DNA from: a virus | Direction: 5' to 3' (one strand) | IMG/VR virus record: IMGVR_UViG_3300045988_027877 | Coordinates: 39,851 to 103,850 of that record | DNA length: 64,000 nt | Part shown: positions 9,994-24,000 of the stretch, in pieces | Numbering within the stretch: the stretch's first letter is position 1 | Layout of the letters: each line of letters opens with the position of its first letter | The notes under the pieces: model-generated | What the model saw: the letters and a program-made list of their open reading frames with translations, nothing else | Database searches by the model: none | Told to the model about the DNA's origin: nothing | Position numbers and translations under genes: made by a program

Positions 9994-10560
9994 ATGATAA
10001 CATTTTCGCAATTGAGTATAGGCGATCCTATATATGTATTAGAAATCATAGGTACATTTAAGAAGAGTACTAATTACTTTGCTGGTAATATAGTAAGTGT
10101 ATCTAAAGTGTATGACGAACCACTACCACCATAGTAGTTTCCAATGCCTAACTAGAATAGAAAGAAGTTAGTAGACATAGTTATAAGTTGTGGTGGTGAA
10201 CAAAAGAAGCTAACAGTAGAAGAAGGTAAATCATTGATTAATGATACTCAATTAGGTCTTACTGTAGCTACAGATAAACAGCATATAGTCAACATGGTTA
10301 AGTCTAGTTACAATGAATACAAAGCAAAGAAAGAAGCTGTTGCTAGGTATGATGAAGAAATGACAAAATGTGAAGCTATACTTAAGTAGTTAGACTATAC
10401 AGAGAAAGAACCTGAGAAAGAAGATCCTAGAATATAGGAACTACAAGATTAGGTTAAAGAACTTAAAGATTTAATAAAGCAAGCAAGTAATATGGTTCCA
10501 CCTTAGATGAAACAGATGTTACCATAGAATATACAGAATGCAATGAATGAGGCTAGTTAA
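9994..10560 (+). CDS. hypothetical protein visible only with TAG read-through
   Basis: ATG 9994 to TAA 10558-10560 is one frame of 188 codons with 8 in-frame TAGs and no TAA/TGA. No ORF of 60 aa or more was listed here. Confidence 0.55.
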
Positions 10561-10575
10561 TACTAGCCTTTTTTA
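10551..10575 (+). terminator. rho-independent terminator
   Basis: ggctagt-taat-actagcc forms a 7-bp stem, followed by ttttttatttt. Confidence 0.65.
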
Positions 10576-10692
10576 TTTTAAGACGTTTAGACAAACGCTA
10601 TTATATTGGTCGATCAGTTGTACTATCCAACACACAAAAGAGCTTAGAGAAGCTTAAAATACGTTATAAGTATATTTAATAAATAATGCATT

Positions 10693-11349
10693 ATGAAATT
10701 AAATACCTTAAATACTATTATTGATGATATTCTACTTGAATTGCGCAATAGTTCTGTAGCTGAATCAGAACATATAAGTAGGATATAGATCGAACAATGG
10801 ATAGCTAATTATCGAGCTGTACTTATAAAGCAAGATATAGACAAAGGTAGAGATATTAATCCAATGTACATCTAGACTATGCCATGTATACACTTAGACA
10901 AAGTAGATACTGTAGCTGGTAAGATAGAGTATAAGAGTAATATAGAACTACCTAAACTAATAGACTTCCATTTCAGGACCGGTTTAGTATATGTCAAGGA
11001 CATGTACGGTAATCTTATTCAGCTAGGTCATGAAACTAAAATGAAATATCAAAGATACAGAAAGTATACCTGTGGTGATTACATCGCTTATATTAAGAAC
11101 AACAGGTTATATATCGAAGGTAGTGACAATCAACTAGAATGGGTAGAGATAGGAATCATAGCAGAGAATCCGGCAGACTTAAATGAATGCTTTGATCCTG
11201 ATAGTGAATATCCTGTACCTGCACATATGATACCAGTTATTAAAGATATGATCTTTAGTAAAGAGTTAAATATCATGCATCAGATGCCATCAGACGAAAC
11301 TAATAACTCTAGAGATGATATGTAGAACATTAATGTTAGATAGCAATGA
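10693..11349 (+). CDS. hypothetical virion-block protein
   Basis: ATG 10693 is in frame with listed ORF 10879..11325. Four in-frame TAGs. Ends TGA 11347-11349, overlapping the next ATG at 11346. Confidence 0.6.
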
Positions 11350-11789
11350 AGAAATCTTATACAATAAGCGACTTCTATGAGTTCTACTTATCTTATATCG
11401 AAAGGGAAACTGTATATGATGTTGATTACAAAACATACAGACAAATTGTTGAAGATTACTTTAAGTATATCGTAGAAGAGATAATGGAAAATAGTAGAGA
11501 ATTCAAACTACCATGTAGACTTGGAAATCTAAGTATAGTAAAACGATAGCCTAAGAACTTTGATAACAAGAGCTTAAGAATAGATTATCACGAAAGTAAG
11601 ATATACGGGAAGCCGATTTATTTTACTAACGAACATTCTAATTTTTTCAAATTCAGATTTTTGTGGTCTAAGAAAGATTGTCTGTTAACGAACAAGACAA
11701 AATACTAGTTTATAGCGACTCGTGCCAATAAGAGAAGGCTAGCACAAATAATAAAAAATAGAGAGCATGACTACGTGGAGATTAAGTGA
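11346..11789 (+). CDS. hypothetical protein
   Basis: Listed ORF 11346..11549 is extended through 2 TAGs to TGA 11787-11789. Confidence 0.6.
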
Positions 11790-12582
11790 TATTCAAAATA
11801 TATCAAAACAAGCTGGAGTATATCAAATTAAGAATGTTTTAAATGGGCACTCTTATATTGGTAGTACTAATAATTTTTACGATAGACTAATATAGCATCG
11901 GTCCCATTTGAGAAAGTAGAAACATCACAGCATTGCGTTGCAGAGAGCTTATGATAAATACGGAGAATCTAATTTTGAAGTAAACATATTAGAGATCTGC
12001 TCACCCATAAGAGACACTTTATTGTATTTAGAATAGAAATATTTAGATTTAAACCCTGAATACAACATAAGTAAAATAGCGAGTCATCCTTCAAACACTG
12101 GGCATAAGATGTCAGAGCGAGGTAAGAGAATATTGCATGATTTATATTATGGAAAGAAAAGAGATCCAAATATAATAGAAAAAGCAATAAAAAATAGAAT
12201 AGGAAAAGGATGTAAAAACGTATATTGTTTTAATAAGCAAGGCGAGTTTATAGGATGTTTTTTAAATTCTAAACAGGCCGTTAAACTATTAAATCTCGGT
12301 ATATCTCCTAGCATAATAAATAAATGCTGTACAGGTCTATGTAAAAGTGCAGGAGGATTTGTATGGTCTTACACTTATAAGACAATCGGATCATATAAAA
12401 AAGATAATGCAAAAAGAACTAAGATAATTAGAATTTATAAAAACGGAATGGAAAAAGTATACAGTTCTGTTGCTGAAGCAGCAAAAGATACTGGTAATAT
12501 AGATAACAGATCTGCTATATCAGACTGTCTACGCGGAAAAAGAAAAACAGCTTACGGTTCTAAATGGAGGTACTACAAATGA
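11767..12582 (+). CDS. GIY-YIG homing endonuclease (free-standing, TAG read through)
   Basis: ATG 11767 is in frame with listed ORF 12109..12582, through 3 TAGs. The N-terminus reads GVYQIKNVLNGHSYIGSTNNFYDRL...LQRAYDKYGESNFEV, which is GIY-YIG. The C-terminus has repeated GF-W-Y DNA-binding-like modules. Stop TGA. Confidence 0.8.
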
Positions 12583-13487
12583 TTGATAAACTAACAACGT
12601 CTAAAGAAATAATTGCTAAGATCATAGCCGATTATGATCTTAAAGAAGATGAAATTAAAATAACAGATATTCGAGAATGGATTGGCGAAGGTATGGAAAA
12701 AATAGGTGCGGTACAATAGTTAGAACATAAAGTAGCTAATCTGAAGATATGTGACTATCAAGCTAAACTACCGTGTGATTTGTATAGATTAAATCAAGTT
12801 GCATTCTCATTTGAGAATAGTTGTGGTTGGTTACCAATGAGAAAGGTGACTAACTCTTTTGGTATATATAAGAAGTGTGGAGAATGTGATCCTAAGATGT
12901 TGATACAAGATAATGTTTTACTTCCACTAGTAAAGAATATCTTTAACTTAGATAATGATAAGGATGCATTAGAGATACTTAATAGTGATTAGAACATTAA
13001 ACAAACTCTTAGTGCTCTAGTAAATCAGTATACCGTACCTAGTAACAATGGTAGACTTATAGTAGGTAATCCTGCTACATTCAATACTAGTTTACAGTAC
13101 TCTACTAAACCGGGTTACATTACAGTTAATGTACCGTGCGGTTGGGTTAAAGTATCTTATCACGCTATACCTACTGATGAAGATAATATGCCTATGATAC
13201 CAGACCTAACTTCTTATAAAGAAGCATTAATGTATTATATAGGTACAAAACTATTATACTCTAAATGGATAAAAGGATAGGTATCTAATGAGATATACTA
13301 TACAATAAAAAGATCTTGGAATTTTTATAGGAAACAGGCATATGCTGAAGCGATGATGCCAAGCACTGACGAAATTAGAGGTATTCAGAATTCCTGGGAC
13401 AGGTTATACCCTGAAAGAGATGAGCATAGTAGTTTTTTTGAATATCTTGGTGATCAACAACATATTTATAATTAGAATAGACCATGA
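12579..13487 (+). CDS. hypothetical virion-block protein
   Basis: ATG 12579 overlaps the previous TGA (ATGA). It is in frame with listed ORF 12780..12992. Four in-frame TAGs. TGA 13485-13487 overlaps the next ATG. Confidence 0.6.
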
Positions 13488-16400
13488 GTAATACATTACA
13501 GACAAATACATTTACAGGAGGATTGAACCTAGATGCTGACATTACTATGGTTCCTAATAACTAGTATCGTTATGCTGAGAATGTTCGCGTTATAACCGAT
13601 ACTGATGGGAGCACTGGTGTACTGTAGAACATACAGGATGTAAAGTTAGTAGAAGGAGGAGACTTTCTGTTCTATGATGAAAAGATACTAGCTACTACTA
13701 CTATAGATAAGTATGGGATTATTATTACTGTAGATGATGCTCATGTAAATAGAATTCATAGAGTAGATAACTATGATAACCCGCCTCTGAAACACACTAT
13801 AGTAGTAAAAGGTAAGCTGGGTTATACTGTAGATTCTAACATTAAGATAGTAGCTAATTACGAATCAGAAGGAATTATTAAACTATACATAGCTTGTCCA
13901 GAGTAGATCATAAAGACTCTTAACATAATGGATGATAAGTATGTATATGTATCTGGTAAAGAGAATTCATATCTTGATAGTGCAGGTAATCTGAAGAATC
14001 CTAGCCTACTAGATATACAGATTTCTGCTTTACTTACTCAACCTGAAGTAACTTCACTAGGAGGTGGATAGTTAAAAACCGGAGTTGTACAATACGCATA
14101 CCAATTGTTTAATGCTCGTGGTTCTAGTACTAATTTCTCTCCAGTAAGTAATGCCATACACTTAACCACTAGTAATGTATCAACAGGTTAGCAGTAGTAC
14201 ATGGGGGCTAATAAAGATATTAACTCTGGTAAGAGTGTTAACTTTACTGTTAAACTTAATGATATTCCCGAAGGATTATTTGATAGTATTAGACTTATAC
14301 GTATACATTACACAGACTATACAGAAGATCCTATTATCGAAGTATTTCAAGAAGCTACTATATCTACTTCTGTTAGAGAGTATAGCTTTACAGATGTAGG
14401 CGGTTCTGCTATCAATACTCTAACTATAGAGGAGTTTAACAAGACATAGGAATCATCATTTGCAGCCGCGACCATAGAAGCTAAAGATAATATTCTATTT
14501 GCAGCTAATATAACTGAAGCTACATGGAAGCCTGATTATGATGCAAGAGCTTATCGTTTTACTTCTAATGGCAGATTGATACTTAAAGGAGCTAGTTCTG
14601 ATTAGGATATAGATGTCACTCTATCTAGTTCTACTCTAAACTCTTATCTAAAAAACATACCAGAGGATCACGATTGTATAAATCCGTATAACTTGACAGA
14701 CTATGCAATGAGCGCTGCTAACGTAACCAAATATAAATTTGGTAGCAATACTCTTGGTGGTACTGGTCTTAATATAGATTATGAATTTATTACTACGGAT
14801 ATTACATTAGACGAGTAGTACCAGAATACTCTATCTATAACTACTAATGTTACTAAGGATAATACGATCAACATAAGTAAGCTAGATGGTTCTCTAATAG
14901 AAACTGTTACTTTAGGTAGCGCATCTGACAGTAGATTTAAAAACTACGCGGATCCATACTTTGCTTCTAAATATAGAAGTCATCATAGAGATGAAATATA
15001 CAGATACGGTATAGTATTCTTTAATGATAAAAACATTGCAACTCCTGTGTATTGGATAGGGGATATTAAGTTTCCACATTGCTATGAAGCGTGTCCTTGG
15101 TATGTAGACAATTAGTCATTGAAAGGAAAACCAATAGGTATTAGATTCAATGTTAGGAATTACCCAGATGGTGCACATACTTATCAGATAGTAAGATGCA
15201 AGAGAACTAAGGAAGATAGAACAGTATTAACACAAGCAATAGTATCAGCTACTGTATCGTATCCGTATCACTCTGTTAGAGATGCTGAGTATGATATAGC
15301 ATCTGAAAATACTAGACGTCCTTACACATTCTTAGGTAACTCATATCAGAAGAATGGCTTCCATGTTACTGTTACTGGTTTTGTTTATAAATGGTTGCTA
15401 GGAGAAAGAGTAGATAGTAGTATAGTAACTCTGATAAGTCCTGAAATAGACATGAACAAAGATGATATGGCTGCTAGTATTAAAGGATGTACAGGTGACT
15501 TGTGTATGTATTTGGATCCTAGAACTAACAGAGTAGTAAATGTTGGTGATAGGAATTACTATGGCGCTTATATTTCTTCCGACAGAACTCAATTAATAGT
15601 AGAGCATACGCAGGTGAGTGGAGAGATGAAATCTCAGAAGAGTGATAAGTATTAGTTTAGAGCTGGTGATTTGGTATCAAGTTCTGATGATTATAATAAC
15701 ATGTTCCTTATATCAATAGATGGTACCATGCAACTAGGACATCAGTTTAATGGTATAACTAATATGATTGGTAAGCGTTATGTAGCTCATTATACTGGTC
15801 TAAGTAATAGTGTAAGAGGTAAGTTTGACATACTTGAGGTTACTAACCCTATGATTATGCAAGCTCTAGAATGGAACGATGCTGTATCTAGACATTCATC
15901 CATTGCTGGAAAGACATACCTAAATGCTTCAGTATCACATAACCAAGATCAAGATAATGGAACTAATGCTAATAAGACTGGTTACTTTGGTAACTGCTTA
16001 GTAATAAATAGAAGTAATAACAACATAGGTGTACCTAATAATATTAGTACAGATATGTCTACTTCTAATAACTTATCTACTAAAGCTAACTCTGGAGTAG
16101 CTTCTGCTATACAGCAGTTCAACTATACTCCATTCACTACACCTGTAGTAAACATTAAGACTACTAATATACCTTATGGTGGCAATACTTATAACGCTCG
16201 TAGTAACTCTATATATATAAGTACTTACAGTAGCCACTTAATAGAGAACGAATCTAGTAGTTATATTAATGTGTTTGGTGGTGATACTTACTTAGGAGTA
16301 CTGGATAACAAGACTGTGATTTATATTCCACAGCTTACAGGAGATAAACAATGTCCAGATACTTACTGTGGTATATCTATATCAGATTACATTCCATTTG

Positions 16401-17626
16401 AAACTACTATCAATATGGCTCTAATGTATGGTCAATCAGCATCTAGAGTTGCAAGTGGCGGATTAGATTACGTTGATCCATATCTAGGTATAACCGCTGC
16501 TGGTGGATCGTATGGAGGTCATAGTCAAGAGAAACCATATTATGCATATAATGATGCATACAGTATCCAACCTGATGCATAGATGTATGCAGTAGATTCT
16601 ACTTACTCTATAAGTAATCTTAAGTCTGGTAATCGAATCAGATATTCTGGTACTAAGACAGCTAATGAAATAACAGATAGTTGGACTAGTTTCAAAGCTG
16701 CTGATTACTTAGATGTAGATTCATCTCACGGAGATATAACTAATCTAAAGAACTTCAATGATTAGTTATTATTCTGGTAGAAGGATGCTGTAGGTATAGC
16801 TGCTGTTAGAGATAGATCTTTGATTACAGATAACGATCAAGCATCACTAGTATTAGGTACTGGTGGAGTACTAGATAGATATGATTATGTAACTACTTCT
16901 AATGGTTCTGATACACCTAATGATAAGAGTATCATTGGTACTCCTAGTGGTTTGTATTGGTATGATGATAGTAAGAATGAAGTATGTTCATATACTAATC
17001 AAGTACAGAAGTTATCTAAAGCGAAGAGCGTACAATCATGGTTTAACGATAATACTAAGAAAGCTAAAGTAAGTATATACGATCCTAAGTTCAATGAAGT
17101 ACAGATGGGATTTGAGGATAAGGATCTAGTGTACAATGAATAGTTACAGCAGTTTTCATCATTCTATACACTTAATCCAGATAACTGCTTGGCATTCCCA
17201 GATAGACTCTTGTATATCAAAGACTAGATGATACAAGAAAATGCAGATTTTCCGTTAAATAAGATGCGTTCTAAGTTATAGATTATAGTTAATAAGGATC
17301 CATTACTTACTAAAACTTATGATAATGTATTCTTTAGTGGAGAGTTCGATAATGTTCAAGAGATGATGTAGGATATTAAGTTTACTACTAAGACTCAAGA
17401 AGGAACTATCTTCAAAGATGATACTGAAGTAAGTAATCCGATAGAACAAAGAGAAGATACATATAGATTTGCTGTGGGTAGAGAGAAAGAAAGTAAAGAT
17501 GATATGTCATTACCGGGTAGAATGAAAGGTAAATACATGATATGTGATTACTTAATTAACTGTGACAATCAGCGTAACTTCAAACTCCCTAATATTAACA
17601 CAACATATAGATATTCATTAGTATGA
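13484..17626 (+). CDS. large virion/tail structural protein (1380 aa)
   Basis: Listed ORFs 14201.., 15119.., 15671.., 16583.. and 16820.. are all in the frame of ATG 13484. The gaps contain only TAG (18 by my count). Stop TGA 17624-17626. Confidence 0.75.
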
Positions 17627-19251
17627 GAAAAGTAAATAAAAAGAATTGTTTTTCAGGAGGTGGTACTTCTTATAACCCACAGACACTACAGTCCCCGTAT
17701 CTATAGACGGATTTCAGTAAACAATTACCTACACAATTAACAGCTCCAGCATCTGTACAGCAATATGCACCTGGTAATTATAATCCGGGTAGTTCTGCTA
17801 ATCCATTGTTTGGTTCTAAAGTATAGAACTTGTTTGGTGGAGCTAGTGCAGGAGGTCAAGGAATAGGAGGCATAGGTCAAGCTGGAGATGCTATTAACTC
17901 TATGATAGGTAATGTAACTGCTCCTGCTACAGCTACTACTAAAGGAGAAGCTAACATGCAAACTGTAACTAATACAATCGGTGGAGCAGCTAAGGGAGCA
18001 GCAGCCGGGTTTGCAGTTGGTGGACCAGTAGGAGCAATAGTTGGCGGAGTTGCTGGTTTAGCATCTGGTATAACAGGTAATAAAGGTAAAGTAAATCTAC
18101 AATCTAATCCATACGATGATAATATTACTGTTAATTACGGTACTGGTATCAGAGGTGGAAAAAAGAATAGAAGAAAGATAGAGAGACAAAGAGACCAAGC
18201 TATAGCTAATGCTAGAAGTAATCAGGCTAGTTTAGCTATGGGTTATTAGAATGAATAGGAATTCTATCAAGACTACGATACAGATATACAGACAATGGCT
18301 TACGGAGGTACAGCTAGTAGTCTGGCGTATGTAGATGATGGAGAGGTACTCAATACTCCACAAGGAGATATAGTTAATGTACCAGAAGAAGGTAAACCAA
18401 CAGATAGTAATTTGGTTAACTTACCAGAAGGTACTAGAATACTTAGTGATAAGAGAAAAGTACCGGGAAGTAAAGAAACGTTTGCACAGATGGGTAAAAG
18501 ATTAATGTCTAAGAAAACAAGTAAGTCTAAAGATAAGTATGCAGAGAATGCAGCTATGTTAAACTAGATGCATGACTAGATGATATACGATAGACTGTTT
18601 GCTATACAAGAAGGAACTAAAAAGAAAAATGGGAAGACCAAGAAGTTTGCAAAAGGAGGAAGTGTAGGTAATTTGATCACAGATCTAACAGCTTTAGCTC
18701 CTACTATATCTAATATGTATGCAAAGCCAGAGTCTTTCAATGCAGTATACAATCCATATGAATCACAGATAAATCAGACAATGGCTAATCGTAGATTTGA
18801 CATTAGTCCAGCTAAAAGAACTATCCGTGAGAATAGAACAATTAGTAACTATAATGCAGCTAATTACAATCCTAATACTGGAGCTAATCTAGCGTATAGA
18901 ATTCAGAGTCAGGTTGCAGCTAACAAAGCTATATCCGATTTATATTCTACAGCTAGTAATGTTAATAACCAGTATAAAGCAGATTATGCTAGTACTTTGA
19001 ATAGTTTAGGACAGCAAAGAGTTAATGCTACTAACATGGCAGTAGATATGAATGCTAGAAGCAGAGCTGCTGCTAGAAACATTCAGAGAACAGCTTTGAG
19101 TCAATTGAGTCAGTACGCACAGAACAAACAACTTATGAAGAATCAGAAGTCTAGAGATATGGCTATGTTAGAAATGTATGGACCATTCTTGGAAGCTGGT
19201 TATAAGTCAGGAGATTATGCATCATTCATGAAACAATTTAGAAAGGGATAA
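17623..19251 (+). CDS. hypothetical Gly-rich virion/ejection-block protein (542 aa)
   Basis: ATG 17623 overlaps the previous stop. Listed ORFs 17830.., 18295.. and 18580.. are in the same frame, joined by 6 TAGs. Stop TAA. Confidence 0.7.
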
Positions 19252-19252
19252 T

Positions 19253-21052
19253 ATGGCAGCAAATATGTACGATCAAGCCGCGTAGGCTTAGTTTATTAAT
19301 ACTTATGTGCCTATTAATTTTGGAGAATTATATAGAATAGGTGCGGCACAAAAACAAGCAGTAGATCAAGCAGCAGAACAATTTACTACACAGTTACAGA
19401 AGTTTGGAGAATTTAGATCACCTTCCAGAGTAGATACAGAAAATTATTACAATATGACTATTGGCAGAGAAGACTTTCAGAATGCCATTAATCAAATGGT
19501 ATCTAATCCCGACTATATGAAGGACGCTAGTAATAGAGCTAAACTACAATCATTAATAAATAGTGTAGATTATGCTGCTCTGTCTCAGTTGAAGGAAAGT
19601 GCAGACTATTAGAGAATGGGTCTACAGACGAGAGCTAAGATGAAAGCAGAAGGTAGGCTCAAAGACAGCTGGGACAAGTCAGATATAGCTAACTATGATA
19701 CTCTAGGTACTGGTAAAATATTTGATGATATTACTCCAGTAGCTTATATGAATCTGAATGAACTCAGTACTCCTTACTTTAATGATCTGAAACCGGGTTT
19801 CTTAGGTACGGATTATGTGAATGGTACTAGATATGTAGTAACTGGTAATAATATGGAAGATCTTATGGCAGTAGCTACAGCTAAGTTCAATGATTTAATT
19901 GATACTCCACAAGGTCAGAAGTACTTTGAAGAGTATTTAGCTATGAATAACGGTGATGCAAATGCTGCCAAATCTCAATTCATTAATGCAGTAGCTCAAT
20001 CACAAATTGATAGAACTCGTAGACCTAAGTATGATGTAGATCCTGCTTTCATAGAACAGTTGAGATATAGTTTAAAGGCAAAGGCTGCTGGAGCTTCAGA
20101 AGCAAGTCAAGTATTGCCAGACTTATCTAGAATACTGGCTACTACTACTGTACAAAATAACTTAGCTACTCTTGGAGGTTTAACTCCTGAAGAGAGATCC
20201 GCAGTTGCTAGTGGACAAGCTAATTCTGAAGTATATCAGAAAGCAAGTAGAAATATGAGCAACAATCTCAAGACAGCATGGAATAGCTTGAGTAAAGCTT
20301 CTGGAATAAACAGTGCTTCTAGAAAACTATTAGACATGATCAGTCAGCCTTTATCTAAAGAAGTAGACACTAGCCTACTTGTAGAAGGTGGTGGAGAAGC
20401 TCTGGGTAAAGATGCAAAGCTTACTAATAGTACAGCTAATATGACACTTGGCGCAGATATGACGTTTGGATTACTTGGATATGAGAATGGAGCTCTAGGT
20501 TATGCAATGAGTAATATGCAGAATGCTTCAGATGAAAAACAAAAAAAAGCATGGAAAGATAGATCTGTGGCAATGGCTACTATTCAACAAGCTTGGTACA
20601 ACGATCAATTCAGAGATGTTATTGTTAAAGGATCTGGTCAAGTACTTAGTGATAATAATGAAGTATATCACAAACGTAAAGTATATATACCTATAGATCA
20701 GTTAAGAAACATTGGTTTCGAATCAATTAGTAAAGGAGACTTCTCTAAGTTAATAGGTAGTAAAGTAGTATCTCTGGGAGATATTATAGATAAACAATAG
20801 ATAGAGATCACACAAGAATATGATCCAAAAACTGGAGAGGTACTAAAAGGAGAAACTACTAAGAAGTTAACTAGAAAGAAACTAGATGATTCCGATCTGT
20901 ATGTAGAGTTTGATGCTACTTATCCTCTACAGATAGGTAATAATGAAGCTACTATTACCAGAAATGCCAATTACGAACGACAAGTCAGAACACTTGGAAC
21001 TAAAGAAAAATATTCATAGGCAGAAGATTCAGCTAACAGATATCTAAGATAA
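19253..21052 (+). CDS. hypothetical virion/ejection-block protein (599 aa)
   Basis: ATG 19253. Listed ORFs 19307.. and 19616.. are in the same frame. Five TAGs. Stop TAA 21050-21052. Confidence 0.7.
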
Positions 21053-21053
21053 T

Positions 21054-24000
21054 ATGGAAGATAACAAATTCATGGTAGGCGCTCCCAAAATGAACGCCAT
21101 GACTTATGGTTCTATGGATACCGTACAAAATATACCTACTACTTCTGAGAGGAAATAGTAGGTATAGGAGTATGATTATGATATACCTTCTAACTTAGCA
21201 GATATATATACTAGAAAAGGCAGTACTGAGACTCCAGAAGAGAAAAGCAACGACTATAACTGGTCTAAGATACTTAACGTTGCTACAGGTATTGCCTTTA
21301 CTCCTAATGCGGGTATTGCAATAAAAGGAGGTTACGATATATATAATAGCCAGTTAGGTCAATCTGTTGTAGAGAAAGCAGTAGAAACAAATATCAGATC
21401 CTTAGAAGGTGATTTAGCCAGAAAAGAACTACGTACTATGCAAAGTATAGAGTTCTTGAAAGACTATGAAGAGAAACTACAAAGATTAAATCAGATACAA
21501 AGTACAGGAGAAGGTGATCCATAGGAAGCAACTCAGTTATAGACGTATTTGGATCAGAATGCTTAGACTTATGAGTTACTGATAAGAGGTAACAGTAAGT
21601 TAGCTCCTCTGTACTACGATGGATTTGAAACAAACAGTATTACTGGAGAGAAAACAACTTCCATAGGATTGCAAGTAGATCCTAAGAAAGTACCATTATG
21701 GGATAGACTTATGCTTAGTATATCTACTATGTTTGATAACAAAGCTGAGGCATACGAGGAGTACGTTAAAACTGGTTATGGTGATGCTGTATTAAATATC
21801 AAGCCTAAAGAAAGTGTATGGAATAATCCTGATAGAACTGGTATTATAAACAGTTTGTAGAAGTTATATGATGATAGTATAACATCTCAAGAACTTAAGG
21901 TACAAAAGATTAAAGACAGACAAGGTATCTTAAAAGAAGGTAGCTGGTTCTTTGATCCTAATCAAATATCTCCAGAGTTTAGAGAAAGAGTAAACAATAA
22001 TGAGTTTGCTTGGGGAGATCTAGAATCTTATCCTTACGCAATACCGCAGTTAGGTTCTTCTTTAGGAGAAATTGCTTCTACTGTAGAAACTGCTACTCTT
22101 GGTAGACTAGTAAGTATGGCTGCAAAAACTGCCGCTAAGAGAGGAAATCCCTATTCAGCTGCTTTGTTAGCTATCGGGGAGTTTGGTTTAAATGCAGCTA
22201 ACAGTTATTATCAGCGTACTCAAGAAACCAATGCTGAAGTATTTGATGCTTACTTGAATAACATAGTAAATCAAATGGATTCAGGTAATCTGGATGTAGA
22301 TAGAATATTAGATCAAGGTATCGAGAAACTACAGGCTAGAGGGATTAATACAGATGAAATGACCATGCCATAGATTCTTGAAGATATGCTTCTGTACAAT
22401 ATCAAAACAGATGATCCTAACTTTGAGAATATAAAACTTAGTGCATACAATGGTCTGGATAATATCTTTACTTCTAACATGGCTTTAGGAGTATGGGATG
22501 CCATGGATATAGCTTTATACTCTTATGGAGGTAAGCTTGCTGTGAAATCAGCAAAAGAGTTACTCAAGCAGGGAGGTAAAGGTTTAGCTAAAGCCACTGG
22601 ACTTACTAAGGTTGCGGATATAGCCGATAAGTTTATAGATAACAGAATAAACAAAGCTCTATACAGAATGGCTTCTAAAGACGTATTTAAAGCCAATAAG
22701 TATAGAGATGTACTTAATACTGTGGTAGGTTTAGGTACTAAACTTGGAGTAACCGCATTCGGAGAGGGTACAGAAGAAGGACAGCAGTACTTAATTCAAA
22801 GAGATTACGAATTAAGTTCTAAGTATGATCCTAAGAAGATGACATTGCTGGATGCATTCTTTAAGAACTTCCAATATGGTGCAGAAGCCAACATGGCTCT
22901 GATGGGTTTACATCCTGATGAAGCTTTGAACAATGACAAAGAACTAGAGCAGAACATGAAAGTTGGTGCTCTTATAGGTTTGTTAATGGGTGGTGCTGGT
23001 ACTACTATATCTGATGGTCATCAACTTATTAGAGATGTGAAATCTAATAAGATGTTACGTAACATGGCTGCTTATGACATTAGTAATAAAGAAGAAGATA
23101 TTAAAGTAGACAGATGGTATAATGCAGTAAAGAAGGGTTATACCCAAGATGTGATTCAGAATCTTCAAGACATTAGAGATAGATTTACTCCAGAAGGTCT
23201 TACTCAAGAAGATATAGATGAAGATATTAAAAAAGCTAGACAATTAGAGAGTATATACTATAATCCTAATGTATCTGAGAACTTAGAACAATTAGGAATT
23301 AAAGTAGGCAGTGAGGAGCATAAGACGTTTGCTAAGAATGCAATGAAAGCGTATGACTTAGAACGCGTGTTTAACTCTCAAGCTAAGGAAGCCAACAAGA
23401 AACTTGCTGAAAAAGTAAATCAAATATATAGTTCTGATGAGTTTAGAAACTCAGTGGATGAGTATTGGGATAATTTGTCTGATGCAGAAAGAGAAGCATG
23501 GGGAGTTAAAGAGAACCTAATTAGTATAGTAAGAGATGCTCAGTAGACATTCACTACTCTTAATGTTCTGAATAAGCTGAAGAGACAGCTCAAAGACATG
23601 CAATCCTTTATTGCTCAAGCAAAGAAGAACGGTCTGGATGTTAGTGACGAGAATATAGCTTCTGTAGTATATCACATTAATCGTAAACAGAAATAGTTAG
23701 AAGATGCTACTAAGAAGGATAAGAAGATGTTCAAATAGCTTAAAGATATATTTGGAATCAATACTGATCCAGAACTAGAGCAATTAATAGCAGATGAAAA
23801 TATACTTGTTGGATTACTTAGTAAGGCTGTAAACCGACGTGCTGCATATTAGAACGGAGTAGTACTCAGAACTGATATGAACAGACGTGCTGACTTCAAC
23901 ATTCGTAACTGGTCACAATTATCAGAACAAGAACAACAAGAAGTACGTGATAGATATACAAAAGAAGCACAAGACAACGGTCAAGAAGCTCCTAGCGATA

